A stretch of DNA of 64,000 nt from Mycobacterium phage prophiGD15-1. Below the pieces are notes generated by a model, which saw only the letters and a list, made by a program, of their open reading frames with translations, searched no databases and was not told the origin of the DNA. The position numbers and the translations under genes are program-made. The DNA lies in the sequence record MW584180.1, one strand, 5' to 3'. This document shows, in pieces, positions 1 to 8,520 of this stretch (position 1 is its first letter; every line of letters starts with the position of its first letter).

Positions 1-44
1 GGGGCGGTAGCTCAGTTGGTTAGAGCCGTGGACTCATAATCCGT
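1..44 (+). tRNA. Partial tRNA-Met-like gene (anticodon CAT): acceptor 5' strand, D-arm and anticodon arm only. No T-arm or 3' acceptor strand follows, so it is probably the tRNA-derived side of the prophage attachment junction.
   Basis: GGGGCGG-TA-GCTC-AGTTGGTTA-GAGC-C-GTGGA-CTCATAA-TCCGT closely matches the 5' 44 nt of bacterial elongator tRNA-Met (E. coli metT begins GGCUACGUAGCUCAGUUGGUUAGAGC...CUCAUAA). The downstream sequence TGGATGGGGTAGAATG cannot form a T-arm. Confidence 0.5.
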
Positions 45-137
45 TGGATGGGGTAGAATGAAGTGCAGATACTTGTCAAATCGCCTGGCAGAAGCCATAT
101 TGACGAAGTGTGCTAGGCCATGATGGGCCCTACGTAG

Positions 138-161
138 GCTACAGTGTAGGCTACAGTGGCG
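138..161 (+). repeat. Tandem direct repeat GGCTACAGTG-TA-GGCTACAGTG immediately upstream of int. Candidate integrase arm-type binding sites in the P' arm.
   Basis: Exact 10-bp direct repeat separated by 2 bp, located between the tRNA fragment and the int RBS (GAAGGAG at 163-169). Confidence 0.35.
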
Positions 162-178
162 GACGAAGGAGTTTGCTG

Positions 179-1429
179 ATGGAGCAAACGGAGCGAGTAA
201 AGAAGCGCCCCGCCTGTAAGTGCAAGCACGTCTACTTCGCACACCCCAATGAGGGCCCATGCAATCAATGCGGCGACTGCCCGAAGTATCGCGAACGTGA
301 GCGGCGTGAGCGCGGCGAGGGCGGCCTCTTCCAACGTGCCGACGGGATGTGGGTCGGGTCGGTGGAAGTCCCCTCCGAAGATGGATTGCGCCGCCGCCAG
401 ACTGTATCCGCGAAAGACAAGGGTGTGGCGCTGGACAAACTGCGAGACCTGCGGAGCGCCATCCGATCCGGTAAATCCCCAACCTCATCGAAGGTTCACC
501 TCGAACAGTGGCTTAACCACTGGCTCGAAACCATCCAGAAGCCCCGCGTCCGGCCAACGACCTATAAGTACTACGAGACCACTGTTCGGCTGTACATTCT
601 CCCATTCATTGATGGACGCACACAGCTAGGCAAGCTCACCCCAGCGCAAGTGCGCAAGATGATCGCCAAGAACGGAACACGTAACGCACAGAAGGCCCAC
701 CAAACCCTCGTCAAAGCATTGGGTGATGCGATGGACGAAGGCATGCTGGACAAGAACGTTGCCGCAGTTGTCGACAAACCCAAGCATGTCGCCATCGAGC
801 GCCAGCCATTCACGTTCGATGAGGCCCGCCAGATCATCGCCACCGCGATCAAACGCAACGACCCATGGGCCACGATGTGGGCGGCCATGTTCTTCACCGG
901 GGCCCGCCAAGGCGAGATCATCGGCATGGAATGGGACCGCTGCGACCTTGAGAAAGGACTGTTCGACTTCTCCTGGCAGCTCCAACAACTCCCGCCCGAA
1001 CTCCCCAGAGGATTCAAGCACCGCCCCTGCCATCTCTCCCTGGCGTGGACGAAGCCGAAGACGAAAGCCGGTGCCCGCGTGGCCCCCATGACTAAACCGC
1101 TACAGGCGATCATGGAGGCGTACGCCAAAACGGACACGGGTCCGAATCCACATGGGCTTGTGTGGCGCCACCCGGACGGACACCCGATCTCACCGACAGA
1201 TGCATCCGATGCGTGGCGCGCGCTAGTGAAAGCCGCCGACGTCCCATACCGATCGATGCACTCAGCGCGGCATACAACCGCCACTCTGCTCAACAATGCT
1301 GGCGTCAGCCAGGAGACCCGCATGAAGGTAGTCGGCCATTCATCGGCGGTGGCCCAGCAGATCTACGTACACGTCGACCACGAACCTGCCAGGGCAGCGC
1401 TTTCTAACCTCAACGAGCTGCTGAGCTAA
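179..1429 (+). CDS. int: Tyrosine integrase (phage integrase family). The ORF track offers an alternative start at 110.
   Basis: C-terminal catalytic block RSMHSARHTTATLL...VGHSS...YVHV supplies the R/H-x-x-R/Y tyrosine recombinase residues. The N-terminus has a Cys cluster and an arm-type DNA-binding-like segment (LFQRADGMWVGSVEV). The ATG at 179 follows a good SD. Confidence 0.9.
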   Translation: MEQTERVKKRPACKCKHVYFAHPNEGPCNQCGDCPKYRERERRERGEGGLFQRADGMWVGSVEVPSEDGLRRRQTVSAKDKGVALDKLRDLRSAIRSGKSPTSSKVHLEQWLNHWLETIQKPRVRPTTYKYYETTVRLYILPFIDGRTQLGKLTPAQVRKMIAKNGTRNAQKAHQTLVKALGDAMDEGMLDKNVAAVVDKPKHVAIERQPFTFDEARQIIATAIKRNDPWATMWAAMFFTGARQGEIIGMEWDRCDLEKGLFDFSWQLQQLPPELPRGFKHRPCHLSLAWTKPKTKAGARVAPMTKPLQAIMEAYAKTDTGPNPHGLVWRHPDGHPISPTDASDAWRALVKAADVPYRSMHSARHTTATLLNNAGVSQETRMKVVGHSSAVAQQIYVHVDHEPARAALSNLNELLS

Positions 1430-2217
1430 GGGCAGTTCGGGTAGATGGACATTGCGGTGCGTACGAACTCCACAGCCTGATCCAGAGGAGTATTCGTCTC
1501 CGCGCTGAGGGACTGCTGTACGAACTGCACGGTGTTGCCCTGAGTGAGTAGTGAGCATGATTGCCGTGCGTTGTGGGTCATCCCGTCCGCATCGGTGATA
1601 GTCCAGCCCAGTGCCCGCATCTTGCTCAAGAACTTCTGGTCGTAGACGGCGGGCTGCACGGCGGCGGGTTTTGGGCAGTAGTGCTCGAGTGCCGCGGTCA
1701 CGATGATCCGGGCTTTGTCGTACGGGTAGGCGGTCCGTTTTTCGGCGATAGTCATAGCCAGATCGACTATCTGCATGGACGGGTTGTCGCGGTGGGTGAC
1801 GCAGGTGGCTTGCCCCATCTGAATAAGTGCCCCGCGGTTTACGTCCGAGACCGGGATTCCTTGGCTGAAGACATCCGCTAGGTATGCGTCATCGACGGGT
1901 GATTTCGGATCTGCCGCAACAACCTTCGGTGACTCGGCAACGACAGTGGTCGGCGGCGCAGTGGGTTTTGGGCTTTGGCCGAAGAAGACGTATGCGCCAC
2001 CGGCAACCAATCCCGCGACCGCTGCTGTAGCGGCAAAGATGACTCCGCTGATCAACCAGTTGCGTCGGCGGGGATCGTCGTACGGTTCAGGCTCTTCAAG
2101 CTCTTCCGTCTCGGACCAGGCCGTGGGTGCGGTCTCTACAATACCGGTCTCAGCCAGTGCGGCAGGTGACACCATTGTCGGCTCTTGCTCTTCCATGAGC
2201 CCTCCCTTGACCTGCAC
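1426..2217 (-). CDS. Membrane-anchored protein with two tandem DUF732-like domains (mycobacterial secreted/envelope family).
   Basis: Central TM segment (LISGVIFAATAAVAGLVAGGAYVFF) and a Pro-rich linker. Two repeats fit the DUF732 pattern (…GQATC…, …EHYCP… and …QSCSLL…YPNCP). Confidence 0.55.
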   Translation of the reverse strand: MQVKGGLMEEQEPTMVSPAALAETGIVETAPTAWSETEELEEPEPYDDPRRRNWLISGVIFAATAAVAGLVAGGAYVFFGQSPKPTAPPTTVVAESPKVVAADPKSPVDDAYLADVFSQGIPVSDVNRGALIQMGQATCVTHRDNPSMQIVDLAMTIAEKRTAYPYDKARIIVTAALEHYCPKPAAVQPAVYDQKFLSKMRALGWTITDADGMTHNARQSCSLLTQGNTVQFVQQSLSAETNTPLDQAVEFVRTAMSIYPNCP

Positions 2218-2291
2218 ATTCTACGACTTGGGCAGTATTCTGCGTGCCCATCTGAGAATCGGCCAGGACCATTCATATCTGCATACTTCAA

Positions 2292-2564
2292 CTATCCCGC
2301 CGACTTCGCCTGAGCCTCTAAGTAGTAGGTCAGGATGGCGCGTAGGTCAGCTGAATTACCTCCTGCCGCTGCGCGGGCAATTGCCGCACGCTGCGGTTCT
2401 GCGCACCAGTTCGCGTATTCCATAGCCATCTTCCATGTCGGGAAGATGGACCCGCCGGTAATGCAACCCACTTTGGGCAAGTAATGTTTCACGACCCAAG
2501 GGAATCTGGGATGGGGCTTGTGAGATACCGTCCATCGCTCTGTGTCGCCGTAGCAATCAGTCAT
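2292..2564 (-). CDS. Hypothetical 90-aa protein. Its start is fused to junction repeat F.
   Basis: ORF with GAGG SD inside the conserved junction element. No recognisable domain. Confidence 0.45.
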   Translation of the reverse strand: MTDCYGDTERWTVSHKPHPRFPWVVKHYLPKVGCITGGSIFPTWKMAMEYANWCAEPQRAAIARAAAGGNSADLRAILTYYLEAQAKSAG

Positions 2565-2605
2565 CCCTCAATTATCCGCCGTTTCAACCGAAGTCGCGGT
2601 GTCTA
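2562..2605 (-). repeat. Gene-junction repeat, copy F (minus strand): TAGACACCGCGA-N17-GATAATTGAGG-g-ATG. It links the acyltransferase stop codon to the start of the 90-aa gene.
   Basis: The reverse complement of 2562-2605 reads ctagacaccgcgacttcggttgaaacggcggataattgagggatg. It matches the five plus-strand copies at 19014, 23616, 24224, 24771 and 25083. Confidence 0.8.
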
Positions 2606-3724
2606 GACGGCCACCACTTGCTTCCGTTTCTTCAACGCCAGAGTGCGTTTCTCAACAATGAACCAGCTCATTGCCGCCAGCGGCAGGGTTAGCAAGGTCG
2701 CCAAAACGAAGAAGGGGAACACCCCGAGTGTTCCGAGGCCGATGATGACGAGTAGCTGTTGGATGGGGAAGGCGTAGATGTACACCCCGTAGGAGAGGTC
2801 GTTGCGCAGGTTCGGGCGTTTGAGCATAGCGCCGGACGCTATGACGAGGTACGCCAAAGGGATTGCTGCCAACACCCGATAATTCGGTAGCAGCCCGGAG
2901 ATAAGCACCACTCCTGCCGCTAGTGCGATGAGCGACCAGCGGGCGGGAATCTTGTCCTGGTACTGGTAGATCAACGCCCCAGCCGCGAACATCACCGCGA
3001 ACCGGGTAACCATCTGGGGGATGGTCTGCATCGCGAACGCCGGATACCCGAACACCGCCGTCCCACACAGGGCGAGGACGAAAGCTACAGGGATAGTCGA
3101 GCGGTATTTCAGTAGTCCCGTGACACCGAGGATGGCGACGAAGATGTAGCAGCCCATCTCAAAGGTGAGGGTCCACAAAGACCCATTCCACACCCCTGGC
3201 CACGGCACATCCTGAGGTGTCCCACCAATACCGGGATAGAACGGGTTCAGCAGGCCGCCGTTGATGATGTAGGCGACCGCCGACATGGGGCTGGGCATCG
3301 TCCCATGCTTGATCCACACACTTACCGGTGCGATCACAAACGCGGTGATCAGTAGGCACACCCACAACCCGGGAAAGATCCGCAGGCAGCGGGCGGTGAA
3401 GTACGTCTTCGGATTGGGGTGCCGCATCCAACTGGACGTGATCAGAAACCCCGATACCGCGAAGAACCCATCCACCCCCACTTGCGAGAGCAATTGCGTG
3501 ATCGGCCTGGCGGGGATCTCATGGCCAGTCAGTGGCCAGGTGTGCCACAGGATCACAGAGGTGGCCAGGATTAGTCGCCATGCGTTGAGCGCGTTGTTGC
3601 GTGGGTCGAATACGCGTCCGAGCACTTCCCCTCCAGGGCTTGGTGATTGGACGATACGCCGCTTCAAGATCGCACGCAGGAGATTCCCAGCTTCGGGCAT
3701 GATTACTACGTTTGTAGTGATCAT
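2603..3724 (-). CDS. Acyltransferase family 3 (OafA/OatA-like integral membrane O-acyltransferase).
   Basis: 373 aa with ~10 predicted TM helices. The N-terminal motif NALNAWRLILATSVILWHTWPL is typical of acyltransferase_3 proteins. Confidence 0.75.
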   Translation of the reverse strand: MITTNVVIMPEAGNLLRAILKRRIVQSPSPGGEVLGRVFDPRNNALNAWRLILATSVILWHTWPLTGHEIPARPITQLLSQVGVDGFFAVSGFLITSSWMRHPNPKTYFTARCLRIFPGLWVCLLITAFVIAPVSVWIKHGTMPSPMSAVAYIINGGLLNPFYPGIGGTPQDVPWPGVWNGSLWTLTFEMGCYIFVAILGVTGLLKYRSTIPVAFVLALCGTAVFGYPAFAMQTIPQMVTRFAVMFAAGALIYQYQDKIPARWSLIALAAGVVLISGLLPNYRVLAAIPLAYLVIASGAMLKRPNLRNDLSYGVYIYAFPIQQLLVIIGLGTLGVFPFFVLATLLTLPLAAMSWFIVEKRTLALKKRKQVVAV

Positions 3725-3843
3725 GCGGATTCATCTGTCCGTAATGCCAACGACCCCTTCCATTCAACTAGCAGTCCGGTGTAACCTACGTCACACCACC
3801 TCGGGGGTGGCTCAAATCCCATATCGCACAAAGGCTTTCGGCG

Positions 3844-4572
3844 ATGCATGCTGCCCTCATCATCTTCACTATCACCACCATCGCATGGTCGCTGTGGGTA
3901 CGAAGACTCACGTGGCAATGCAAAATGGAAGTTGCCGCAAGCATTAACCTCGTTTTGCAGGCCGGGGCCGTGGTCTTAATGAGCCCGTGGGCATCCGAGG
4001 TGGTCGGCCTACGCCTGTACAGCCTGACGGGCCAGCACAACCTAGAGGACTTACTGGGCCACGACTTATATGTGATCGCTGCGAGCTCGGTGGTTTACCA
4101 CCTCATTTTGAGGCTCGATCAGCGCCAGATGGCTATCCGGTTTAAGACTCATGTCGAGCTGCCTGCGACGATATGCCTGCCCTTGATGTACGCCACGTTC
4201 ACCGCTGGCGCCGGTACTGAAATCTATCGGCGTGACTTTTTCCGGGTGCCGTGCGACTTCTGGCTGGCGTCCTACTGGTTCATCATGTGCGGCACCACCG
4301 CCTACCTGCTCGTCTACAGCGTTCTAGCACTGGTGCCCATGCTGCAAGCGCACGCCCGTCTCGCCCGCCTGTACCTCGTCGCCAGTGGGGCTGGAATAGG
4401 GGCTTGCGCGGCCCGGCTAGTCACCGCAGTGCTGCCCGATCACCTTCAGGACACGTTCACGGCTTCGATCATCGTGTGGTTTCTAGCCTGCTCATGTGGG
4501 GCGGCCTTCGCCCTCATCTCTGGCTATTCCTGGCTTCAGCGGCAGCGGGCCCTCATAGGGGCGGCCCCTTAG
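3844..4572 (+). CDS. Integral membrane protein of unknown function, ~6 TM helices.
   Basis: Hydrophobic segments run throughout the ORF. It is transcribed divergently from the acyltransferase operon and converges on the repressor gene. Confidence 0.55.
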   Translation: MHAALIIFTITTIAWSLWVRRLTWQCKMEVAASINLVLQAGAVVLMSPWASEVVGLRLYSLTGQHNLEDLLGHDLYVIAASSVVYHLILRLDQRQMAIRFKTHVELPATICLPLMYATFTAGAGTEIYRRDFFRVPCDFWLASYWFIMCGTTAYLLVYSVLALVPMLQAHARLARLYLVASGAGIGACAARLVTAVLPDHLQDTFTASIIVWFLACSCGAAFALISGYSWLQRQRALIGAAP

Positions 4573-4993
4573 GGTCATAGGCGTCACGATGAGGGAAAGA
4601 ACCGCCACCCATTCGCCGCTGGACCTCCGCGAGCAGTTCCATGTCGCTCGCATCACGGATGGACCCCGCTGTGCCGATTGGAGTGGGGGAACCGCCCGTG
4701 AGGATGTCGATAGCCGAACCTGGTTCCCATCGCAGTGCCGCGTCGAGCATGCGGAGAGTGGAGCCACGGGGGCGAGGCTTAGTCCCGTCGTTGTTTTCAA
4801 TGCGGGACTGAATCACATCCGACGGGCCGCCCGCCTCCTGCACCTCCGCCTGGCTCAACTTCAGTTCCTCACGCCGGGCACGAACCATTCGCCCGAGCCT
4901 CCCCCACTGCTCGCCTGTGGCCTTCGTCGCCTCCGTCATGCCCATAATCATCCGGAAAATATTCGGCAAACACAACCCGCGTTGGGCTAACAA
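4553..4993 (-). CDS. Putative immunity repressor (HTH XRE-family). The true start is probably an internal Met near 4939-4951.
   Basis: HTH segment RARREELKLSQAEVQEAGGPSDVIQSRIENN. Leftward gene, divergent from a cro-like HTH gene across a ~100-bp intergenic region. Confidence 0.55.
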   Translation of the reverse strand: MLAQRGLCLPNIFRMIMGMTEATKATGEQWGRLGRMVRARREELKLSQAEVQEAGGPSDVIQSRIENNDGTKPRPRGSTLRMLDAALRWEPGSAIDILTGGSPTPIGTAGSIRDASDMELLAEVQRRMGGGSFPHRDAYDPKGPPL

Positions 4994-5093
4994 CCGGCAT
5001 GTAATTCACGGCTTCACCTGCCAGAACCGGACTATTCGCACTGGTCTACAACATTTCCCGAACAAAGCCTTGTAATGCCCAGATATTTGCCGT
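4994..5093. promoter_or_regulatory. Divergent promoter/operator region of the immunity switch (repressor leftward, cro-like rightward).
   Basis: Non-coding gap between divergent HTH genes. It contains the partial palindrome cgtatgTTGGgacacatgCCAAcgg. Confidence 0.35.
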
Positions 5094-5426
5094 ATGTTGG
5101 GACACATGCCAACGGGTGCCAAACTCTCACAAGCCAGGGGTGATGACCGCCCGCTGCGGACCCCACCCCACGTGCCCATCGGCGCTCTACGTCTGGTCGC
5201 AGATATCACCCTCGATGAGCTCGCGGTAGGGATCGCCGAGATCTTGACCGTGAAGCAAGGGCGCGAGGCGACACCCCCGAGTCGAGGAACACTGTCCGCC
5301 ATTGAGTCCGGGCGGCGCGGCGCATCGGCAGAGCTCCTGTCTGCCATCGAGGAGTTCTTCCAACTGCCCGCCGGAACGATCACAACTACTTACCGCCCGC
5401 GCCCCAAGGCGCGATTCGCCGCTTAA
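5094..5426 (+). CDS. Cro-like HTH XRE-family regulator.
   Basis: HTH segment ITLDELAVGIAEILTVKQGREATPPSRGTLSAIESGRR. First rightward gene after the switch region. Confidence 0.5.
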   Translation: MLGHMPTGAKLSQARGDDRPLRTPPHVPIGALRLVADITLDELAVGIAEILTVKQGREATPPSRGTLSAIESGRRGASAELLSAIEEFFQLPAGTITTTYRPRPKARFAA

Positions 5427-5484
5427 CGAAAAGGCCCCCACCCGGTCCAGGGGTGAGGGCGCCGACAACCGAAAGAGGATCGGA

Positions 5485-6291
5485 ATGTCAGACATCCAGA
5501 ATATCAACACTGAGCTGGTCTTCATGGGAGACAACGGCGAGCCGTTCACAACGTCGATGGTGGTTGCCGCCGAAACCGAGAATGAGCATGCGTCGGTCAT
5601 AAAGACCGTGCGCAAGCACCTATCTGATCTAAATGAGGTCGGAAGGGTGCGATTTGAAATCCAACCCTTCGAAACTGCGGGTGGGACACAGCGCCGCGAG
5701 GTTGCCCAACTTGACGAGCCTGCCGCCGCACTGCTGATCACCAACCTCAAGGGCAGTCCGGTCGTGTGGGACTTCCGCAAGCGGCTGGTCGCTGGGTTCT
5801 ATGCCATGCGGCAAAAGCTCGCCGAGCGTTCCGCCGCGCACCCACTGCAGGGACCGGAACTACTAGCCGCAGCAGTACTCGAATCGCAGAAGATGATCGA
5901 GCAGCGCGACGCCCGCATTCACCAGCTGGAGCAGAAGGCGATCGAGGCGGCGCCGAAGGTGTCCTATGTAGACACCTATGTCACGGACGCCGACCTGCTG
6001 TCCGTCTCCACGGTTGCGTCCACGAATAGCGTCACTGAGAAGTGGCTACGAGAACTCCTGATCGCCAAGGACTGGATCTACAGCCAGCAGGACTCCAGAT
6101 GGTCAGAGAAGAAGCAACAGAAGGTCATCCGCAACCGGTACTCAGAGAAGGCCGACAAAAAGCGCTACTTCCGCCGCGTTGAGGTGCATGAGGCCCCCCG
6201 GTTCCGCGGCTCCGAGGTTATGCACACATTAAAGATCACGCCGCAGGGTGCCGAGGCCATCGCCCGGTTGATCGCGCGAGAGGCGGCATAG
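5485..6291 (+). CDS. Antirepressor-like protein (Rha/phage regulatory protein N-terminal domain).
   Basis: N-terminal ELVFMGDNGEPFTTSMVVAAETENEHASVIKTVRKHL resembles Phage_pRha. The ATG at 5485 has an AGAGGA SD. The ORF-track start at 5302 overlaps the cro-like gene. Confidence 0.55.
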   Translation: MSDIQNINTELVFMGDNGEPFTTSMVVAAETENEHASVIKTVRKHLSDLNEVGRVRFEIQPFETAGGTQRREVAQLDEPAAALLITNLKGSPVVWDFRKRLVAGFYAMRQKLAERSAAHPLQGPELLAAAVLESQKMIEQRDARIHQLEQKAIEAAPKVSYVDTYVTDADLLSVSTVASTNSVTEKWLRELLIAKDWIYSQQDSRWSEKKQQKVIRNRYSEKADKKRYFRRVEVHEAPRFRGSEVMHTLKITPQGAEAIARLIAREAA

Positions 6292-6626
6292 TGTCCGGGC
6301 CACCGGGCATCGCCCGGATATCAGCCCTCGGATGTAGTACCGGATCTGAGGATCGGATCGACAAGGTGATCCGCGCGGCGCACAAGGCGCTTGCCGAATC
6401 GGGCGTGTCGATGTCGCCACGCAAGGTCAGCAAGATCGTTCGAAGGTTCGGCATGAACGCCCGAAAGCGCGGCGTCAGCTTCCATGAGTACTTGTCAGCA
6501 GAGGCGAATCTATCACCGGCACAACAGCGTTACCTGGCGGCCAACCCTGACCTACAGATAGTCATCGCGTACGCCGATCCCACCGGAGAGACCGCAGTAA
6601 ACAACGTTATGCGAGGGAGAGGGTAG
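6291..6626 (+). CDS. Hypothetical protein.
   Basis: ORF in the rightward early operon. Its start overlaps the upstream stop. Confidence 0.4.
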   Translation: MSGPPGIARISALGCSTGSEDRIDKVIRAAHKALAESGVSMSPRKVSKIVRRFGMNARKRGVSFHEYLSAEANLSPAQQRYLAANPDLQIVIAYADPTGETAVNNVMRGRG

Positions 6627-7018
6627 TGAAGGGTCACGTGAAGCGCACACTGGAAGTGCTGGAGGCGCTGGGGTTCACGCGCGAAGACGACATGTTCGGG
6701 CGGCGCAAGTGGACTTTCCATCATTCATTCGCCCCCGACGAACAGCTGAAAGTATGGGAGGGCCAATCCGAGGCGGCATGCATAGCCGTGCAACAGAAGG
6801 CGCATGCCATTTCCGAAACCGGATCTTCCGGCCCATCCATGCCGAAAACCGTTGGGCGGCGCAAGCATCGCGTCAAAGCGGCGTCATCGGGGCCGACCAT
6901 CATGGAACTTGCTCGACAGGACCGTGAAGCCGCGCGCAAGGAACGGGACGCTGCACGGATCGAGGCGCGCCACGATCGCGAGATCAAGTCGCTAATGCAA
7001 CCCGGTTGGGGGAGGTGA
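6626..7018 (+). CDS. Hypothetical protein.
   Basis: ORF. GTG/ATG start overlaps the upstream stop. Confidence 0.4.
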   Translation: MKGHVKRTLEVLEALGFTREDDMFGRRKWTFHHSFAPDEQLKVWEGQSEAACIAVQQKAHAISETGSSGPSMPKTVGRRKHRVKAASSGPTIMELARQDREAARKERDAARIEARHDREIKSLMQPGWGR

Positions 7019-7022
7019 CGGC

Positions 7023-7265
7023 ATGAGCATCTCTGAATCCCGCCTACGGGAGATTGTTCGACAAGAGATAGAGCGGTCAGCCGGCGGTGCGCTACCCGCA
7101 GATGAGGCAGCCAAGTATTGCGGCATCTCGAGGTCAACACTCGATAGGCATCGGCAGGCTGGACACGTGCTGCCGCGTCACCCCGGAAGCCGACCCGTCT
7201 ACCTCATCTCTGAGCTCAACCGATTTCTTGAAGACCTGCCGTCAGAACCCAAGGGGGCGGCATGA
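7023..7265 (+). CDS. Excisionase-like / MerR-type HTH DNA-binding protein.
   Basis: AAKYCGISRSTLDRHRQAG is an Xis/AlpA-type helix-turn-helix. 80 aa. Confidence 0.45.
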   Translation: MSISESRLREIVRQEIERSAGGALPADEAAKYCGISRSTLDRHRQAGHVLPRHPGSRPVYLISELNRFLEDLPSEPKGAA

Positions 7266-7951
7266 CGACAAAGGGTGTGCCGACACCATTGGGTGTTCGC
7301 GTCCGCACGCTACGTAAACAGCGTGGGTGGAGTGCGCAGAAGTTGTCCGATGAGACTGGCGGCTCGGTAACCCGTTGCGTGATTGCGGATTTGGAACTAG
7401 GCCGTAAAAAAGATCTATCACTAACCGCGGGAGCGGCTATCGCCTCCGCGTTTGGGATGAGCGTAGATCAGCTGATCTACTACGCCGTACCTGCGGGGGC
7501 GTATGCGGCCGCGCGGGAAATCGTGGATACAAAGCTCCGACTGGAATCAATTCTCGCCCTCAAGGCTGTTGCTGTTTGGCCGAAAGAGCCGTGGCCGCCA
7601 CCCGATCCAGCTTCATCAGCATCAATAGCCGACGGCCTAGCCGAGTACGGACGCAGTGAAAGTGTGTCTAGTGACTGGCTTGCGGTTCCAGAAGCGCCCC
7701 TGAGGCGTATCAAGGCTCTCCTACAGCGCAGCGTTCGCGCACTGAATGAGGCAACCAGCGACGGCTCCACGGTGGGTAGGAACTACTGGAAGGGCGCGCA
7801 TGACAGCCTGCGACAAGTGCTACTTGGTCTCGGTCTATCACACATAGACATCGCCGCAGTGGAAGAAGATTCTTACCCCGCACGTCAGGCACAGCGACGC
7901 GCGTTCGATGAGTTGCGAGAACTAGACGAAGAGATCGGCCTGGAGCCATGA
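7262..7951 (+). CDS. HTH XRE-domain protein with a C-terminal domain of unknown function.
   Basis: VRVRTLRKQRGWSAQKLSDETGGSVTRCVIADLELGRKKDLSLTAGAAIASAFGMSVDQL. Confidence 0.5.
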   Translation: MTTKGVPTPLGVRVRTLRKQRGWSAQKLSDETGGSVTRCVIADLELGRKKDLSLTAGAAIASAFGMSVDQLIYYAVPAGAYAAAREIVDTKLRLESILALKAVAVWPKEPWPPPDPASSASIADGLAEYGRSESVSSDWLAVPEAPLRRIKALLQRSVRALNEATSDGSTVGRNYWKGAHDSLRQVLLGLGLSHIDIAAVEEDSYPARQAQRRAFDELRELDEEIGLEP

Positions 7952-8130
7952 AGGAATTTTCTGTGGATGATCAGGTTCGGCAGATGATCGAGCGCCTGAC
8001 ACGCGAGGCGGACCGCCTTGATGCGGACAGCTCTGCGCGGATAGCAGCGTTTCATCGCGACGAAACACGCCAGGCCAAGAAACGTAGAGAAGCCCATCTC
8101 ATTGCCGCCGGCCGACGAATACACAACTGA
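7948..8130 (+). CDS. Hypothetical small protein.
   Basis: 60-aa ORF coupled to the upstream gene. Confidence 0.3.
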   Translation: MKEFSVDDQVRQMIERLTREADRLDADSSARIAAFHRDETRQAKKRREAHLIAAGRRIHN

Positions 8131-8140
8131 ATAACCCCCG

Positions 8141-8183
8141 AACGCTGGGGCGGGACATCTTGGCGGAAGACCGCCCCAGCGCC
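8141..8183 (+). terminator. Stem-loop (CGCTGGGGCGG...CCGCCCCAGCG) downstream of the 7948-8130 gene. Possible terminator or attenuator.
   Basis: 11-bp perfect inverted repeat with a 19-nt loop. No clear U-tract, as is common in mycobacteria. Confidence 0.35.
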
Positions 8184-8211
8184 ACTGCAACCAACACCTT
8201 GGAGGTGTGGC

Positions 8212-8520
8212 GTGTTCAAGCATAGATCCATCACGGCGGTAGCCGTAACAGTCCTAGCGGTTTCATGTGCTCCACCAGCCCACGCGGACTCGGCTCAAGA
8301 CCTAGCCGAAAAGTACGGCATCTCGGTGTGCCGCAGTCTGGACGCTGATCCCACGATCGATGGGGTTCTCAACACCGGGATATCACTCACCAAAAAAGCG
8401 AACATCGACCCGTATGTAGCGGGACAAGTGTTGGCATACAGCGCCATCTGGTTTTGCCCCACGCACATCACTCTCTTGAAGCGGTTCGCCGACTACTACA
8501 AGGGAGGGCGAGAAGCATGA
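8212..8520 (+). CDS. Secreted DUF732-like protein with a signal peptide.
   Basis: N-terminal MFKHRSITAVAVTVLAVSCAPPAHA, then a two-Cys DUF732 pattern (…ISVC…FCP…). Confidence 0.5.
   Translation: MFKHRSITAVAVTVLAVSCAPPAHADSAQDLAEKYGISVCRSLDADPTIDGVLNTGISLTKKANIDPYVAGQVLAYSAIWFCPTHITLLKRFADYYKGGREA

Noticed and set aside
1-76. Complete tRNA gene at the start of the window
   Set aside because: Only the acceptor 5' strand, D-arm and anticodon arm are present. The sequence after position ~44 cannot form a T-stem/loop or pair with GGGGCGG, so only a partial tRNA is called.
571-1323. 250-aa minus-strand ORF inside the integrase gene, and similar long antisense ORFs (e.g. 39989-40747, 50452-51189, 35844-36824, 61811-62563)
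   Set aside because: These are GC-rich shadow ORFs antisense to well-supported genes. They have Arg/Ala/Pro-biased low-complexity translations and no RBS.
4589-4990. Plus-strand 133-aa ORF overlapping the repressor gene
   Set aside because: It is antisense to the HTH repressor ORF and has no HTH or other motif. Divergent-switch geometry favours the minus-strand gene.
5302-5484. ORF-track N-terminal extension of the antirepressor gene
   Set aside because: The extension overlaps the cro-like gene in another frame. The internal ATG at 5485 has a good SD and begins the Rha-like domain.
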